NCBI GenBank assembly: GCA_002633005.1
Contig: NMRA01000176.1
Coordinates: 124,001 to 188,000, forward strand
Direction of reading: 5' to 3'
DNA length: 64,000 nt
Source: Phoronis australis
Taxonomy: Eukaryota; Animalia; Phoronida
The notes beneath the pieces were generated by a model that worked only from the letters and a program-made list of their open reading frames with translations, made no database searches and was not told where the DNA came from. The position numbers and the translations under genes were made by a program. This document shows, in pieces, positions 1 through 13,400 of the stretch. Numbering within the stretch: position 1 is the first letter of the stretch; each line of letters begins with the position of its first letter.

Positions 1-2224
1 AGAAAAATTATTGTCCAAAAGATACATAGACATTTTGTAGACATTCAAGGGTAGGAAGAGGTCAGAAAAGTGCACAATATACACTAATCATGAAAATAAT
101 ACCATTATCCCTTCAAGACATATGACCATTCATAACCATTTTCGTTTTGTCACCGAATGACTTATAGATTTGGCCGGAAAATCGAAACTTGGCTTGCAAG
201 GGATTTGAGTTTGGGTCTCAGAATTTGCAAGCGCACACAGTACCGCTAAGCCACGGCACACGCACTACAAGCAGAGTTGAAAAAAAATGTATTATAAACA
301 AGTTGTGCACAAGGATACTCAATGTCTGAGACGTATTTCTTGACTATTAAATTACTAAGTGAAAAGGGAACTTCCAAACATTTGGAGTATATGAAACATT
401 CAAACTCTAAAAAAACAATATGCATTGTAGCTGAATAAGTAGCAATTCTGATCAATAAACCACTGTCAAATACGTAACTATGCAAAAATACCAGTTTGAC
501 AGAGCAAAAGGATATTTTTGATGTCATTAGTGTTGACCTGATGACCTATGACATCATCCAAGTAGTTCCAAAAGCATCAACATGAAGGAAACAGAGGTTT
601 CTACAAGACAGCAAGTGCTCTTATACTTGATGGTTTTTAGAAAAAATATCACTGGAAGGTGAGTGATATTTTTTCTTACAGCCATCTCGTTCCTCATTAC
701 ACGTTTAATAATGCCAGAACCATTTAACAACCTATGTAATAATGTGCCGACGGCTAATCATAACGAAAACATTCTTATGTTTAAAACTGTACACTGAAAA
801 CGCACTTCATTCTTGAGGTTTCTGTGACCCAAACTGGAGAATGCGTTCACAACAGAACATTTAATTACAGTTACAAGACAAAAGCAATCGAACAAAAAGT
901 ACAGTAAAGATCCTCCAGTTTGAAAAATTAATTGTCGTCCCAAATTCAAGAATTACGATCAACAGCAAACGATCATTCACCTTGACGTTACGCAACAATC
1001 GGGACGTCTGAAAACGATGCGTCATTGGCAACAACTTGTTCAACAGATAAGAGTTTGTTTTCACAAACACAAACACAGTGTTCGATATTTGAGAAAAAAG
1101 CCAAAATTGCCCATGTCCCAATCTCCAGAATCAAAAACATTTAATTTTAACATGAATTTCAGTGTCCCAAATTTTAGAAAGTGTTCCAAACTAAATAATT
1201 TTTACCACCGTTTTCCTGTCATGACTGAATTCTGTTGACAGCAAAATTTGCGGGCAACAATTGCTATGGCAGCAAAATTCTAATTGGCCAATAGCTAAGC
1301 AGCCTTGCTAATTTTCCTCTTTGCTGCTTCATTATTAGTCATGATGAAAGATGACTCTGACGATGAATTTGGCTTCAACACAGCCGACATAGTGGGTCAT
1401 TTTGTCTGAATACTTTTAGGGTCTCTGGCTCACAACTAGTGTGGTCATTACTTTAGGATGGGGAAGGGAAGTCAATGGCCAGTCAGGTAACTGTTGTAAA
1501 TAAATTGCCTTTGTTAGAAGAAATAATTCAAGTCCTAAAATAAGGCATCAAGTTATAAATCATGCTTCCTAAGATTGCGCATTTAAATTGACCTTAGTGT
1601 GAAGCTGCGAATTTTCAGATATACCAAAGTTCACACAATCCTGTTTTAGAGAAGTTATCAATGAACGGCATGGGATTTTATTGCAAATTGCAAGCAGACA
1701 AACGCATAGAAAGACACGCTTACGAGTAACAAGAAGACCTAGGATATTGATAGCGATATACATCCTATATGAAGAACAGGATAATTCATTCAGTATAATA
1801 CAAAACGTGCCACTCTGACTAAAGCTGGGAATGAAAATCAATAACATCATTCAGTCATTCCCTAGCAATCATTTCACAAACACACTGGCAACACATTTCA
1901 TGCGATAAACAGTTTAGAATGCTTCTAATATGGAGCATTCAAGTGATGTATAGGACTGCATATTAAAAAATTTCAGAAAAAAATTTCAAGAGCTTCAAAT
2001 GTGAGGAGCAGGCCAGACGAAAGCTCTGACATCTTAGTTATAAAATGGCCGAGTTTGCAACTTGAATGGTTCAATCATGTGTGAACACTCTCAGTTTTGG
2101 ATCGCGACAGCAACATTTTTAAACAAACACAACAGCGTGTACTATCTCTAACAAATCGAAATCTGGTATTTCACCAACTCAACAATTTAGCTTCACCACA
2201 GAAACTTCAAAAGCTCCGACTCAC

Positions 2225-3845
2225 CAGCATCAGGGTTGCTAAGGTAACGTCTACGGAGAGCATATTGCCTTGACCCATACAGAGTCCCTAGGGCAAACAT
2301 CGTCTTCCAGTTGGTATATCGAGAAGAAGATATGGACCTTGACGCCCGGTAGCTACGATAACTGCGGTAGCTACGATAACTGCGGTAGCTACGATAACTG
2401 CGGTAGCTACGATAACTGCGGTAACCGCGGCCGTCACATTCCCCTGAAATACAGTAGATTGTATAAAAGTCAACTCCCCATGCAGAGAAACTAGGACAAG
2501 CCATTTCAAACTATGTCAAGCGGCGAATGCTCTCACTTAATTTAGTGACTTTCACAAAAAACAGTCGTGAAATCACAAAAGTTAACACTTTATATTTTCT
2601 ATGGTTACAATGTGGTTAAAATGACACCTATCATAGGTGTTAGTTTTCGCTTACTAAACACCATTTCATTCTTGTTTGACCTGCTGATGTAGTGCTCAAT
2701 ACAAGGCTTTAAATAAGGGCTGTTCCAGTAAAATCTGTATGGGAGGGGGGAAGGCACCTTTTTTTCGCACCCACCACCCATATTTTTCATTTATTTCTTC
2801 AGCCTACCACCCGTAATTTTTTATAAGTTTGAAATGCAACCACCCGTAATTTTTTTTTTGTTCTTGCGGTTGACTGCACAGGCACTTGAGTTTATTTGTT
2901 CCTCCATCACCACTAACGTCATTCATTACTAAGAAAACATGTTTCTTATAAATGGTGATTAGCCATCGAGAAATTCGAGCACCTGTGGTTAAATGGTGTT
3001 ATGGGCATGCCAATGAGGAGATCGGAAGGAGTGAAAAAGTCGGAGCTTTTTGCAAGTTGCATTTCTGTTTCAGTTTTTGATTTTGTGCGGATTGTTTATA
3101 AAATTTACTAAAATTACCCACCATCAAACATTTATGGCCCAATGAAACAACAACGACCTGTAAATTTTTATTTTTTTGAAGTACGACCACCAGCCATTTT
3201 GAATTTAAATCAAACGCAACCACCCATAAATTTTTATTTCAGTTGCCTTCCCCCCCACACAGATTTTGCTGGAACAGCCCTAAAGCTTTTAGTGTGTTAT
3301 TATCATTTAATGACACTGATTCATCCATCATTAAAGAATGGCAGCCAATTTGGCACTGGGTGGCATTCTAATTTTTTCCTCGGATCACTAAAATAAGAGT
3401 CCAATAAAGATGTCGAGCTTTCATCGAAAATCTAGAAGAAACTCCGTTTAAGGTATTGAGAACAATGCCCCATCAATACATAGGATCCAACTCGTAACCT
3501 CTCGACAGTAAATCTAGTTATTCGATTAATAAGGCACTTGCCAAAGACAAAATTTGTTTTAAACAGTACAAAGACAGATCTAGGATGTCATAAGAGGTTC
3601 TTGACCACTGTTTTAGAAGGAAAATGCTCATGTAAGCCTAAAAACTGCATGCCAACAACTTCTTTTTTATCGTGTCTGTAAAGAGGGGGGCTGGGGGCCC
3701 TGAATCCACTTCACTCAAGCTATTTATTGTGTTAGCCATGAGTTTCTAAAGAAGAAATTGGTAAACAAAACATTGCCTTACCTACAATCCCCAAGAGAAC
3801 AATGCAGGCCAAAATTTGAAACAGAATCTCTTTAAAGTTAGCCAT
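2225..3845 (-). CDS. Partial gene: secreted or membrane protein with signal peptide and Ser-Tyr-Arg repeat (3' exons not resolved)
   Basis: Exon 3845-3782 encodes MANFKEILFQILACIVLLGIV(G) and ends in G|GTAAGG. Exon 2443-2225 (TATTTCAG| acceptor, G|GTGAGT donor, 219 nt, phase 1-1) continues in frame: GECDGRGYR(SYR)8ASRSISSSRYTNWKTMFALGTLYGSRQYALRRRYLSNPDA. A hydrophobic core followed by C-D-G gives a plausible signal-peptidase site. Confidence 0.7.
2348..2424. repeat. Coding minisatellite, 18-bp unit GGTAGCTACGATAACTGC x4+
   Basis: Perfect tandem copies are visible; on the minus strand they read AGT TAT CGT AGC TAC CGC = SYRSYR. Confidence 0.95.
2717..3280. mobile_element. PIF/Harbinger (Tourist-like) MITE
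   Basis: TIRs GGGCTGTTCCAGTAAAATCTGT ... ACAGATTTTGCTGGAACAGCCC, TAA on both flanks (3-bp TSD), non-coding interior with repeated ACCACCC motifs. Confidence 0.8.
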
Positions 3846-6800
3846 TCTGAATGCTGTCTGTATGTGGATAGTATCTTCCACACCTGCTGAAATGAGAGCG
3901 ATAGAGGCATGAAGAAAGGCCAAAAAAAGAGTCAAATAAAGACATAAAGAAAGGCCAAACAAAAGAGTCAAATAAAACTACTGGAGTTGATCGAATTCAG
4001 TTTAAACTTGTTGTACAATGTGATAGCATAACTGAGACAACACATACTTTCACTCAGCATTGGCGTGAAAAACTAGTTTCTCAAAACATTGTCTGATAGT
4101 ACAGTACATAAATCTTCACACAACCAGCTTCAGCAAAGGTACTAGTATTAGATTTGACAAGCCGAATTACCGGACTTTGCGAGAAACCATGGTAACAGGA
4201 ATCAGTGGAGCGTCCAGCACTGATCTACTTATTTACATTTTTGATTGTTTCGACAGAAAATTGTATAATTCTTTAGTTTGTCTCAATTACAAGCGAAAGA
4301 ACCGTGGTGACATCCAACAAAGAAAGAAACAACAGAAATAGAATAGGTACATGACAGTTTGTTTAACACAAATGTATGAAATACAAAACTACAAGTACAG
4401 AATTACAATGCACCCTCTGTTTCCGTCATCATCATCCTCATTATTTTAGTTTGGGTCGACTAAAATAGCCCAAGCCTCCAAAGCCAAAAACTTATAAGTA
4501 AGAGTTCACTTTGAAAGCCATAGTTGAAACCAAAACTTAAAGTTAAGTTTAGAAGCTAGACCACATGGAATCCAAATTCATTGCCTGAGAGCCAGTTTTT
4601 ATATTCTGCGCTAAGAATGGTCCAAAATGCACCAATTTAGGGGTATAAAGTTTAAGGAAAAAATGAAAATGATAAGTGAAATTGTGTCATTGGAAGTGCC
4701 AAATATAGAATTTAAGCTGTAATAGGCACCCCTTAAACAATGAACAAAGTCAGTTAACGCAAAAACTACCAGTAGCCAGCATTCTCATTAAACTATGTAG
4801 ACAAAACCTGGGACAAGACAACAAGACAATGATGTTGACTACTAAAATTAACACCTACTTAGTCCTAATACAACCACATCTAGTAATACACATTGTAGTG
4901 CTAAACTGTGATGATGGAAATGAGTGCTGACTGGTAGCCAATTTTGTTTCAGTTTCAACCAAGATGACTATCAATGAAGATTATTTACAAAGGTTTCACT
5001 TTCAGTTCATACTTTGAAGAGAATGGATTTATATTAAAATGACTGATAGTGATAACAATGTAGGGAGGACAATCAAAAAGTAGGTCACCGTGCTCCATAT
5101 TTGCCTCCGTGTAAAACCCACGTCGGTAAATTACCCGATTCCAGACTTCAAAGTTAACTATAAGACAATTTTGTGTTATAAATCGTTACCTTAGTCTTTA
5201 TTTCTACGTTTGTAATCTTTTTGTCTCAAATTATCGCTGATAAATCATTTTTTGTAAGCTTTTTATAGCGCACGATTTTCCGCCATGCGATCAACTTTCG
5301 AAAAAGTACCTCTTGTTCCTCCTATCCAAAAGAGCACTATACTCTCAAATACAAACATGAAATTTGGACAGGATGTAGTTTAGATGCGTGCGCATCTCCT
5401 CAAGTTGTTTTCTCGAAGTCTTGGCCAAGTTTTCATGGCGAGTTTTCGATCGTCCGGAAGGCCTAATTTTGGTTGGTCAGGAGATTGATGTTTTTCCAGT
5501 TGCGCAATATGCCCCCCGATTTTTAGATGAGGAATTTATCACTCTTTTAAATGGTAATTATTCCATTTTCAGAAATTCTGTCAAACTGCATTGGCACTTT
5601 TCAAACAGCAGTCGTTAGTTCACTAAGTCGCCGCATGTCAGCGCCACCAGCGGCTACGTTGAAGTTCAATGGCATTGCAACTTCACCGTTCGAAATAAAG
5701 TTGTTACAAAGTTTTTGTTGCGTAAATGATGAAATCCTTCATTTTAAGAGTGATTTGTTTTCCCAAATGGTCTTTTGTCTACTTTCTGATGTTTTTTTGC
5801 CACGATACAATCTAATAGTACATGGGTGGCACCCAGCACTGAAAAAAGTGGGGGAGCTATAGCCTCCCCCAGCCCCCTGTCACTCGGCTGTCAGGCAATG
5901 ATCTAGGATTTTCAGATGGGAGGGGGGGCAGGGTATTACGTAGGATTTTACCCGTAAGATATTTGCACCCTCAAACTGCCAAATGAATTATGGGAGTTTT
6001 AGGAGGGCCACGTGCCAGGCCACCTTGCCTCCCCCCAAATCCACCAATGTGATCTTGTGATTTGATGTGAAATTTCCTCCTAGCTCAGATGTATTTGTTT
6101 TTGAGCTGATGTGGTGTCTTTGCTCTTCACCTTTTAAGCTGTGTAATCCATTGTTTTCATCAAACATGATGCCTGTTCTACACGCTAACAACACACTTAA
6201 ACAGCAATAGAAATGGATCCAAATTTTATATAATACACACCACCATGTTTGTCTCAATGAGACAAATCTTTTTATATGCAGCACATGTATATTCTTTTAT
6301 TTTTTACAAAATTATGTAAAAAGGCAGATATTTTACTCATAACTTTCGCACTTGCCCCAGGCTTGGAACCAGTTCCTAGCTCCAGAGTATATAGTCATCC
6401 AGTATGGCATAACAGTTTCCTCATCAGTTTGGACCAATAGGGTTAAGGACATTTAGTTAGGGTTAAGGTACTTAAATTTACATGCGTGCACCCAGGGTGG
6501 GGGGGGGGGGGGGCTCANNNNNCCATTTGTCGAAACTCTCTAGAGGATAGCCTTAGACCCTTGGGCCGCGGGCAAACCAAACACGAACCTGTAAATAACG
6601 GGGTGAAGTTGCCTCATACAGTTCAGAATATGAGACCAGTCAAGCTCAAGTCAAGGAAATGGTTACGCGATATAAATCTGATACTAACTTAATGTAGAGA
6701 ATTAGTTTCACAATTATATCCATAACAGACGTTAGCCAATGCTCTTCTCTGAATGGCCTCATGCGCACAACTACTTACCAAGTTTTAATCAGAAAAGCAA

Positions 6801-7465
6801 GATAAATGTGACAAGCTTTAAGACAACTCGGGCAATATGCCCGACATCGTATTTTCCAAGCACTTGCGCAAACTCGGTTTTGGTAGGCGGATCCACCCTC
6901 TGCACTAAACAAAAGGGATTTTTAATGTTTTATGGTATATTGAAAGCGCAGAAGTTGACAAAAAGGTTTCGTAATTTTCAAAATTCAAGTGCAACTGAGA
7001 GATTTTATTAGCAAAATCTATACTTAGCTTGATATACAGATGGAATAGCTTGGTTAACAAAAAATCTTTGAAAAAATCTAAACCCTCTCCCTAAAGGCAG
7101 CATGGACTATTCCAATAGTCGGTGGTCTGGCACCAGACTGCGCTGAGTAGTCCATGCGTTCGTTCATGGGTAATCAGAGTTTTGTGCTTAATTATTCGTT
7201 TATGTGCAAGTTGCATGTTCAACAGTGTCTGTTCTTGTAGTTCAATAACTGAAAAAGCACTAACTCTTACAATTTATTTTGAAGACAGGCAGAAACCGTA
7301 TCAGAGATAGCTCCTGGTGTAATTTTGATCTTACCGACGCCTGTTGTCCATTTATGGCATAACAACAAGGAAGTAAGCGTGAAAGGCCCAAAGCAGGAAG
7401 TTGAGAAGGAATGAGAAATCAGCTTTCTGCGCATTCAGTCAGTTTTCTCTTATAAATTTTCAGTG

Positions 7466-10400
7466 ATGTCGTCTTTAACAGTCTTCCACGACAACTTGAG
7501 GCAAATTTTAGAAGGTAACCTCGGTTTGATTACATTGAAACATCAGTTGTGCTCATGAGTCATGTTATATATGGTAGTACTAGTAGGTAGTCTAAGCCCT
7601 GGCGCGGCCCTGGTGTCGGCACACGTAGCCCCTTGATTGGCCGGTTAGGCCGGTTAGGGGATACAATACTTCCCATTGCTTTCTGTACGAATTCCTTCCC
7701 GTGTATTTTAAATTGGCGGTAGACCAAATCCACTCACGGATTGAGGGTTTTCACCTTGTCAACAATACATTCTACACTTAAAACTTTAAAAGTGCTTACT
7801 TTCTTCAGTGTTCCTTTCTACTTCTACACATGGCAGCATTTTCCGGTTCAGTGACTTTACCAGACGTAGGAGGTTCTGAGCATGTGATAACAACTAGCTT
7901 CTTTGTTAACTGCCAAGCACAAATTCTTTTGTCTGTTACGACAACAAGCTAGCCACTTATCTACCAGGCTTATTACAGACCACCTGTGAACACAGTCAAA
8001 CTCAGAGTGAATTGGTGTATTCGGAAAGAATAGATTGTCGTAACTTTGGTTGTAGTTGGGTGATTTTGGCGATTCAAAAGCTGAACATGATCACCATTTG
8101 ACGAAGATTTCAGAAATGCTATTGGTTCAAGTTATGTTCAAATATGTTATAACTTAACTTTTATTTTTACACCACAACCCAATCAGGGTAGATAGGATCT
8201 TTTTGGAGAATAGAGCAATTATCGAACAAAAGAGAGCTGGCCCTCCAACCATAAATGCCAGAATAGAGTTAATCAGTCGTGAAAGATATTGGCTACAGGG
8301 GTAAACTTCCCAACTTGTTGTTGGGCTATAGAATTGAACAAGTTGGGAGCAACGGGAAAGCGCCGTAATGACATATCTTTGATGAAGTATAGCTATGACA
8401 GTTTAGGTAACTTTGGCGAAGAATTCCAACTCCACTTTTTGATCATTGTTAACTTTTTCACCACGTGTGCGATAACCACAGCAGGTCAGTGCGAGACTGA
8501 GCGAAGTGTGAGACGCTGGCGCATGACACGTGCAAAATAGCATGTGAAGGCATCAAGTGAAATTTGTAAGATTTTGAGTCCCTTGGATTTTTTGTTCGTC
8601 AAATGCATGATTTCATATGTAACTTCCTCTACTAAAAATAGCACCCGATAAGAGAAACTGCATAGAGCAAACCATGACAGATTTTCATCAATTTGTTCAA
8701 ATTATCTTGACGGAATCGTCTCCAGACTTATCGTATATGTTAATTATAACTTCATGACTTGTGCATATATATGCATGTTTCATTTGATTTTATTTCCTAT
8801 ATTTTGAAATTCGGAACTTTTTTGTGGGGATGTACTTTCGTCCCTGTATGCCTTAGCTGCGGCATCCAGGGTGATGTAATTACCTAGCCTTGGTGTAGCC
8901 ATCTAGCTGTATGAAGACTATCATATATTTACTATACTTTGCACCAGGACAGCTTTGATGCAGCCTTTGTGCTAAACTAAATATACAGATTTACTCCGAG
9001 AATTATAAAACTGACCAAATAGCTTGATTGGGGCTGTTCCAGTAAAATCCATGTGGGAGGGGGGGACAGCAGTAGAAATAAAAATTCATGGGTGGTGGTC
9101 TTCAGAATAAAGCTCAAATTATGGGTGGTCGTTCCTGTAAGAAGTGATGCATTAAAAATGGGTGGTATTTTTTGACCTTTAATGTTGTCAGGTTGGTTAC
9201 TTCAGCCCATACTGCCAGTGAACAGAGTGCAATATGTTCATTAAGCCATTAATCAAGTCATGGGCAACTTGATTTGAGCCAACTGTTTGCAGTCCTATTG
9301 AATTAAAAAGTTATGCAACACTAAACTGGTGTTAACACATATAAGAAAATCGATGATTTTCAAATAAAAAGTATGAGGAGTAAGATAAACAAGTTCCAAT
9401 ATTCACTTGACGTAGAAATATAAAAGAGTTCGTGGAGACAGTTTGAGATTCATAGATCCTTATAATTGAAAAAATGTTCATTGAAATTATAGACACATGG
9501 TGAACAGAGACACCTGGTGACTGCCAAAAGTATTGCTCACAGGCTACTTTAGTTTTTGACAATATTGGACAAGACAACTAGTTCTTGTCTGTCAATCATC
9601 TAAGTTCTTAACAGGACTTCCTGGAGGCAATTTGTTTGCAAGTGTTGGATTTTATATTTTAACCTATTAAAAATAATTAAAAAATTATGGGTCATGGGTT
9701 GGAGAAATGAATGAAAAATATGGGCGGTGGGTATGAAATAAAAGTGCCTTACCCCCTCCCATACAGATTTTGCTGGAACAGCCCTTACAGACTACAGTCT
9801 TCTGTGGATAAAAAAAGGTATAAACTAAATTGCTGAACAGTGCTAAGACTTTTGTCATTCTACCGTCATGATCCAAGTTGTAGATCAAGCAATCTTATGT
9901 GTTGGCTTTCAGCACCATGAAATAGATTTTTTTGCCGATTCTTTTACCAACTGTTCTTCCTTTAGGTTGCATACGCGTCAAAATTATCGTAACTGATTTT
10001 TAGTATTTTATTACCAGGAAAGCAAAGTTCACAACAAATTTTACTTTGACGAAGCTGTCATCATCTCCCAAAAGATGTTGCAAAAAATTAGCAAATGTTG
10101 CATGCACTTGCCGTGTGTGTACTGTTTTCAAATTGACGGCAAGTTTTTCTTTCTTACTTTTGAACCGGAGAGTAACACAAGAAAATGACGTTGATTTGAT
10201 TGTTTTTCACTTGACGGCTGTAACGGGCACTTGGTGGGTGTTGATGCATGGAAACTTCAAGTCATAAATCACCTGACCCAAGTATTTTTGTTCATGGTGG
10301 ATTATGCACATGATAGTCTTGCGTGGGTCAACACCACAGGACAACTTTATAACCTTCCTGGATCACTGTCAATTTTCCAATCCGTTAGTTTGATAAAAAA

Positions 10401-13400
10401 TCGTTTTCTTCCTACAGGGGAACCGACCTTTGCTATGTCGGTGGTCCCAGGCCTTGAAGATGAAAGTCGCTTCACGTGATTATTGTCTATCAAAATAAAC
10501 ACTATAAGAGGTGTTGACATCAAAAGGCATTTGCAAAGACGATGTTGTCTCGGGTTGGCAGGTATAATTGTGTCGGATGGGTTTTGTCATAATTTGATTG
10601 TCTCAGGCGGGTACCATGATGGCGACATCCCGTTGCTCCCAACTTGTTCGATTCTATAGCCCAACAACAAGTTGGGAAGGTTACCCCTGTAGCCAATATA
10701 TTACACGACTGATTAACTCCATACTGGCATTCATGGTTGTAGGGCCTGTGCTCTTTTGTTAATTGCTCTAATCTCCGATCAGATCGTATCTAGCCTGACT
10801 GGGCTGAACTGATAAAAATGAAAGTTAAGTTATAACATATTTGAGCTTAAGCCAATAGCATTTCTGAATTCCTCATCAAATGCTGATCATGTTCTGTTTT
10901 TGAATCGCCAAAATCACCCAACTACAACAGAAGTAAAGACAATCTATTCTGTCCAAAGGATTATCAAGGCACTGGGTTTGACTGTGTTGATACCCTTTCC
11001 CTAATAGCATGCAACCACCATAGGTTTCCTTTGAAGCCTGGGAGATAACTGGCCAGCTTGTTATCATACCAGACAAAAGACTGAGCTGGGCAGTTAATAA
11101 AAGAGCCAGATGTTATGGAAGGTTCAGCACCTCTCAGGTCTGGATTACTGAAGGACAGAACGCTGTAATGCATTAGGGCATTTTCCTGTTGAGCCCAACT
11201 TGTTCAATTATTGTATACCCAACAACAAATTGGGGGATGACCCATGTACCCAGTATCTTACACGACTGATTAACTCCATTCTGACATTTACGGTTGGTGG
11301 GCCAACTCTCTTTTGTTCCATGATTGCTTTAATTTCTGTTAAGATCGTATCTAGCCTGACTGGGCTGTGCTGTTAAAAATAAAAGTTAAGTTATAAGATA
11401 TTTGAACACAAACCAATAGCATTTCTGAAATCCTCATCAAATGCTGATCATTAGTTTTTGAATAACTAAAATGGCCCAACTACAACCGAAGTTATGACAA
11501 TCTATTCTTTCTGAATGCACCAATTCCCACTGGGTGTGACTATGCTCACAGGTGGTCCCTAATAAGCCTGGTAGATAATTGGCCTGCATGTTTCCCTATC
11601 AGACAAAAGACTGTGCTCAGCAGTTAACAAAGGAGCTAGATGTTATCATACTCTCACAACCAAAAGTCACTGAACTGGAGAATTCTTCTAATTGTTTTGT
11701 CATCATGCAAAATATTATGGCATTGCTCTGGTTTTTGGCATCTCAGCGGTACACCCATACCATTTTTGGAAAGAATTGCCGGATCTTATGATTTACCATG
11801 CATGGCATGACAATTTGTGTAAGCATTCGCTAACTATAATCTCATGCTTCAGATGTTCAGAAGTTCCTGGTGATAACATTGAAGCCATGTACTCTACCCA
11901 AAGCTGCACTTGCTGAGAAGGAAGCCATCTTGGAAAAATTGAAAGGCGTCAAAGCTGAGAAGCCCCACTGGTTGCCAGAACTTGATGAGGATTTTGGAGA
12001 TGGTAAGACTTTGGTGTTACGAGTGAATGGATGGAAAAAGAACTACTGCTAAATTAATGCTCTAATCAGGATTACGTTCTGCGGCTCTTTGGTGTTGTGA
12101 AAGCACAAAAGGGCCTTTCACTTGACCAATTTCTAACGGTTTGGTTGGAATGTCAGCCTGAGTTGATCTGCAGCAGAATGCCATTTCTTTCATTGGCAGA
12201 TATTTTGAGAAGTTGGAATTTTTGTTTGAATCATTTGATGCCCCCCACAGCAGTTGCAGTAATTTGATGGAAGGGTTGCAAAGAATTTATGAAAACTGGT
12301 GGAAAATGTCCCACTTTGTTCAATTCATGAGTAAATGCAAAATGCTATCTGCCAACTACCATATCGCCATCTAGTGACAAGGTTTATTTCATTATCAGAA
12401 AATGGCTAATTGCCTATAGTGTATAGCATGATGGTCAAGTGAAATATTATTTGTCGTACATTTCCCAAGTTCATCAATCAAAGGATTTAAATGAAGAAAT
12501 GATATTTTAGCAGGTCAAATTGTTTTCATAGTAACATGTTATCTACTGTGCCATTAAGTCTCTTTGGAATTGTTGGATGTGAAATGCTGGGGTTTATTAG
12601 TTCTGTCTTATGGACCACGCACACGCTGTGAGGTCCTAAATGATTTGTCTTATCCATTAGACTTTTTTAATACTGTCAAAATATGTCATTTGTCTAGCAC
12701 TATGTTACCTTCGAATTTTTACTAATTAACTTCAGGTATGGTAAATTGTTTTCAAGTTATAGAACACGTGCTGATTAGCAATCAAAGGTTAAATTTTATT
12801 TTGTCAAAATCATTTTATTTTAAATACCAAAATTTTGAACAAGAATAAATTAGTGGACAATTTTACTTGATTATTTGAAAATGTTATGTTATGTACGCTG
12901 CTGTCATCAACAAACACACGATGGCACTTGTAATATTTTTAGCAATACAGTGAGTGTTAGGAAAATGAAAAAAATACATTTTTAATTTATTTTTGTCCGA
13001 ATTTGAGGCAGCTTTAATAAAACTTGTCTTCTAATCCAGGACCACACTTTGCTAAACTACATTTCACTTAGTACACAAGCCAACTGGAACAGTTGTATGA
13101 CTGAATAAGATCCCTAGGGTTCACGAGGTTCTAGTGTCAATTGACCTATTCCCAAGATTTTGAGTGATGACTTAACTGACCAATCAGAACACAGCATTCT
13201 TGACACACCGTCATTTGCAAGCCACCATTTTACCCGACAAACAACATGGTAAAACTATTCATTTGTTTGTCGAGTTTTCGCAAGGGGGCGGAGCTTTTGA
13301 TAGGTCAATTTCAAAAGGCCTTTTGTGTTTGAAGGATATTCCTGATTTGCAACCCTTAGCAAAATTCTAAGTCACCATTTGAACTAGTTACCTGCTCCAA

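Noticed and set aside
980-1770. Candidate downstream exons of the SYR gene (~1766-1726 and ~1007-981)
   Set aside because: Splice-like signals exist, but both give stops in the required phase 1 and I could not build a consistent chain.
2348-2424. Short repeat array as CRISPR
   Set aside because: No spacers, eukaryotic context, and it lies inside a coding exon.
2270-2509. Alternative readings of the 18-bp repeat: (GSYDNC)n on + and (TAVIVA)n on -
   Set aside because: Only the SYR frame is bounded by splice sites in phase with an upstream signal-peptide exon.
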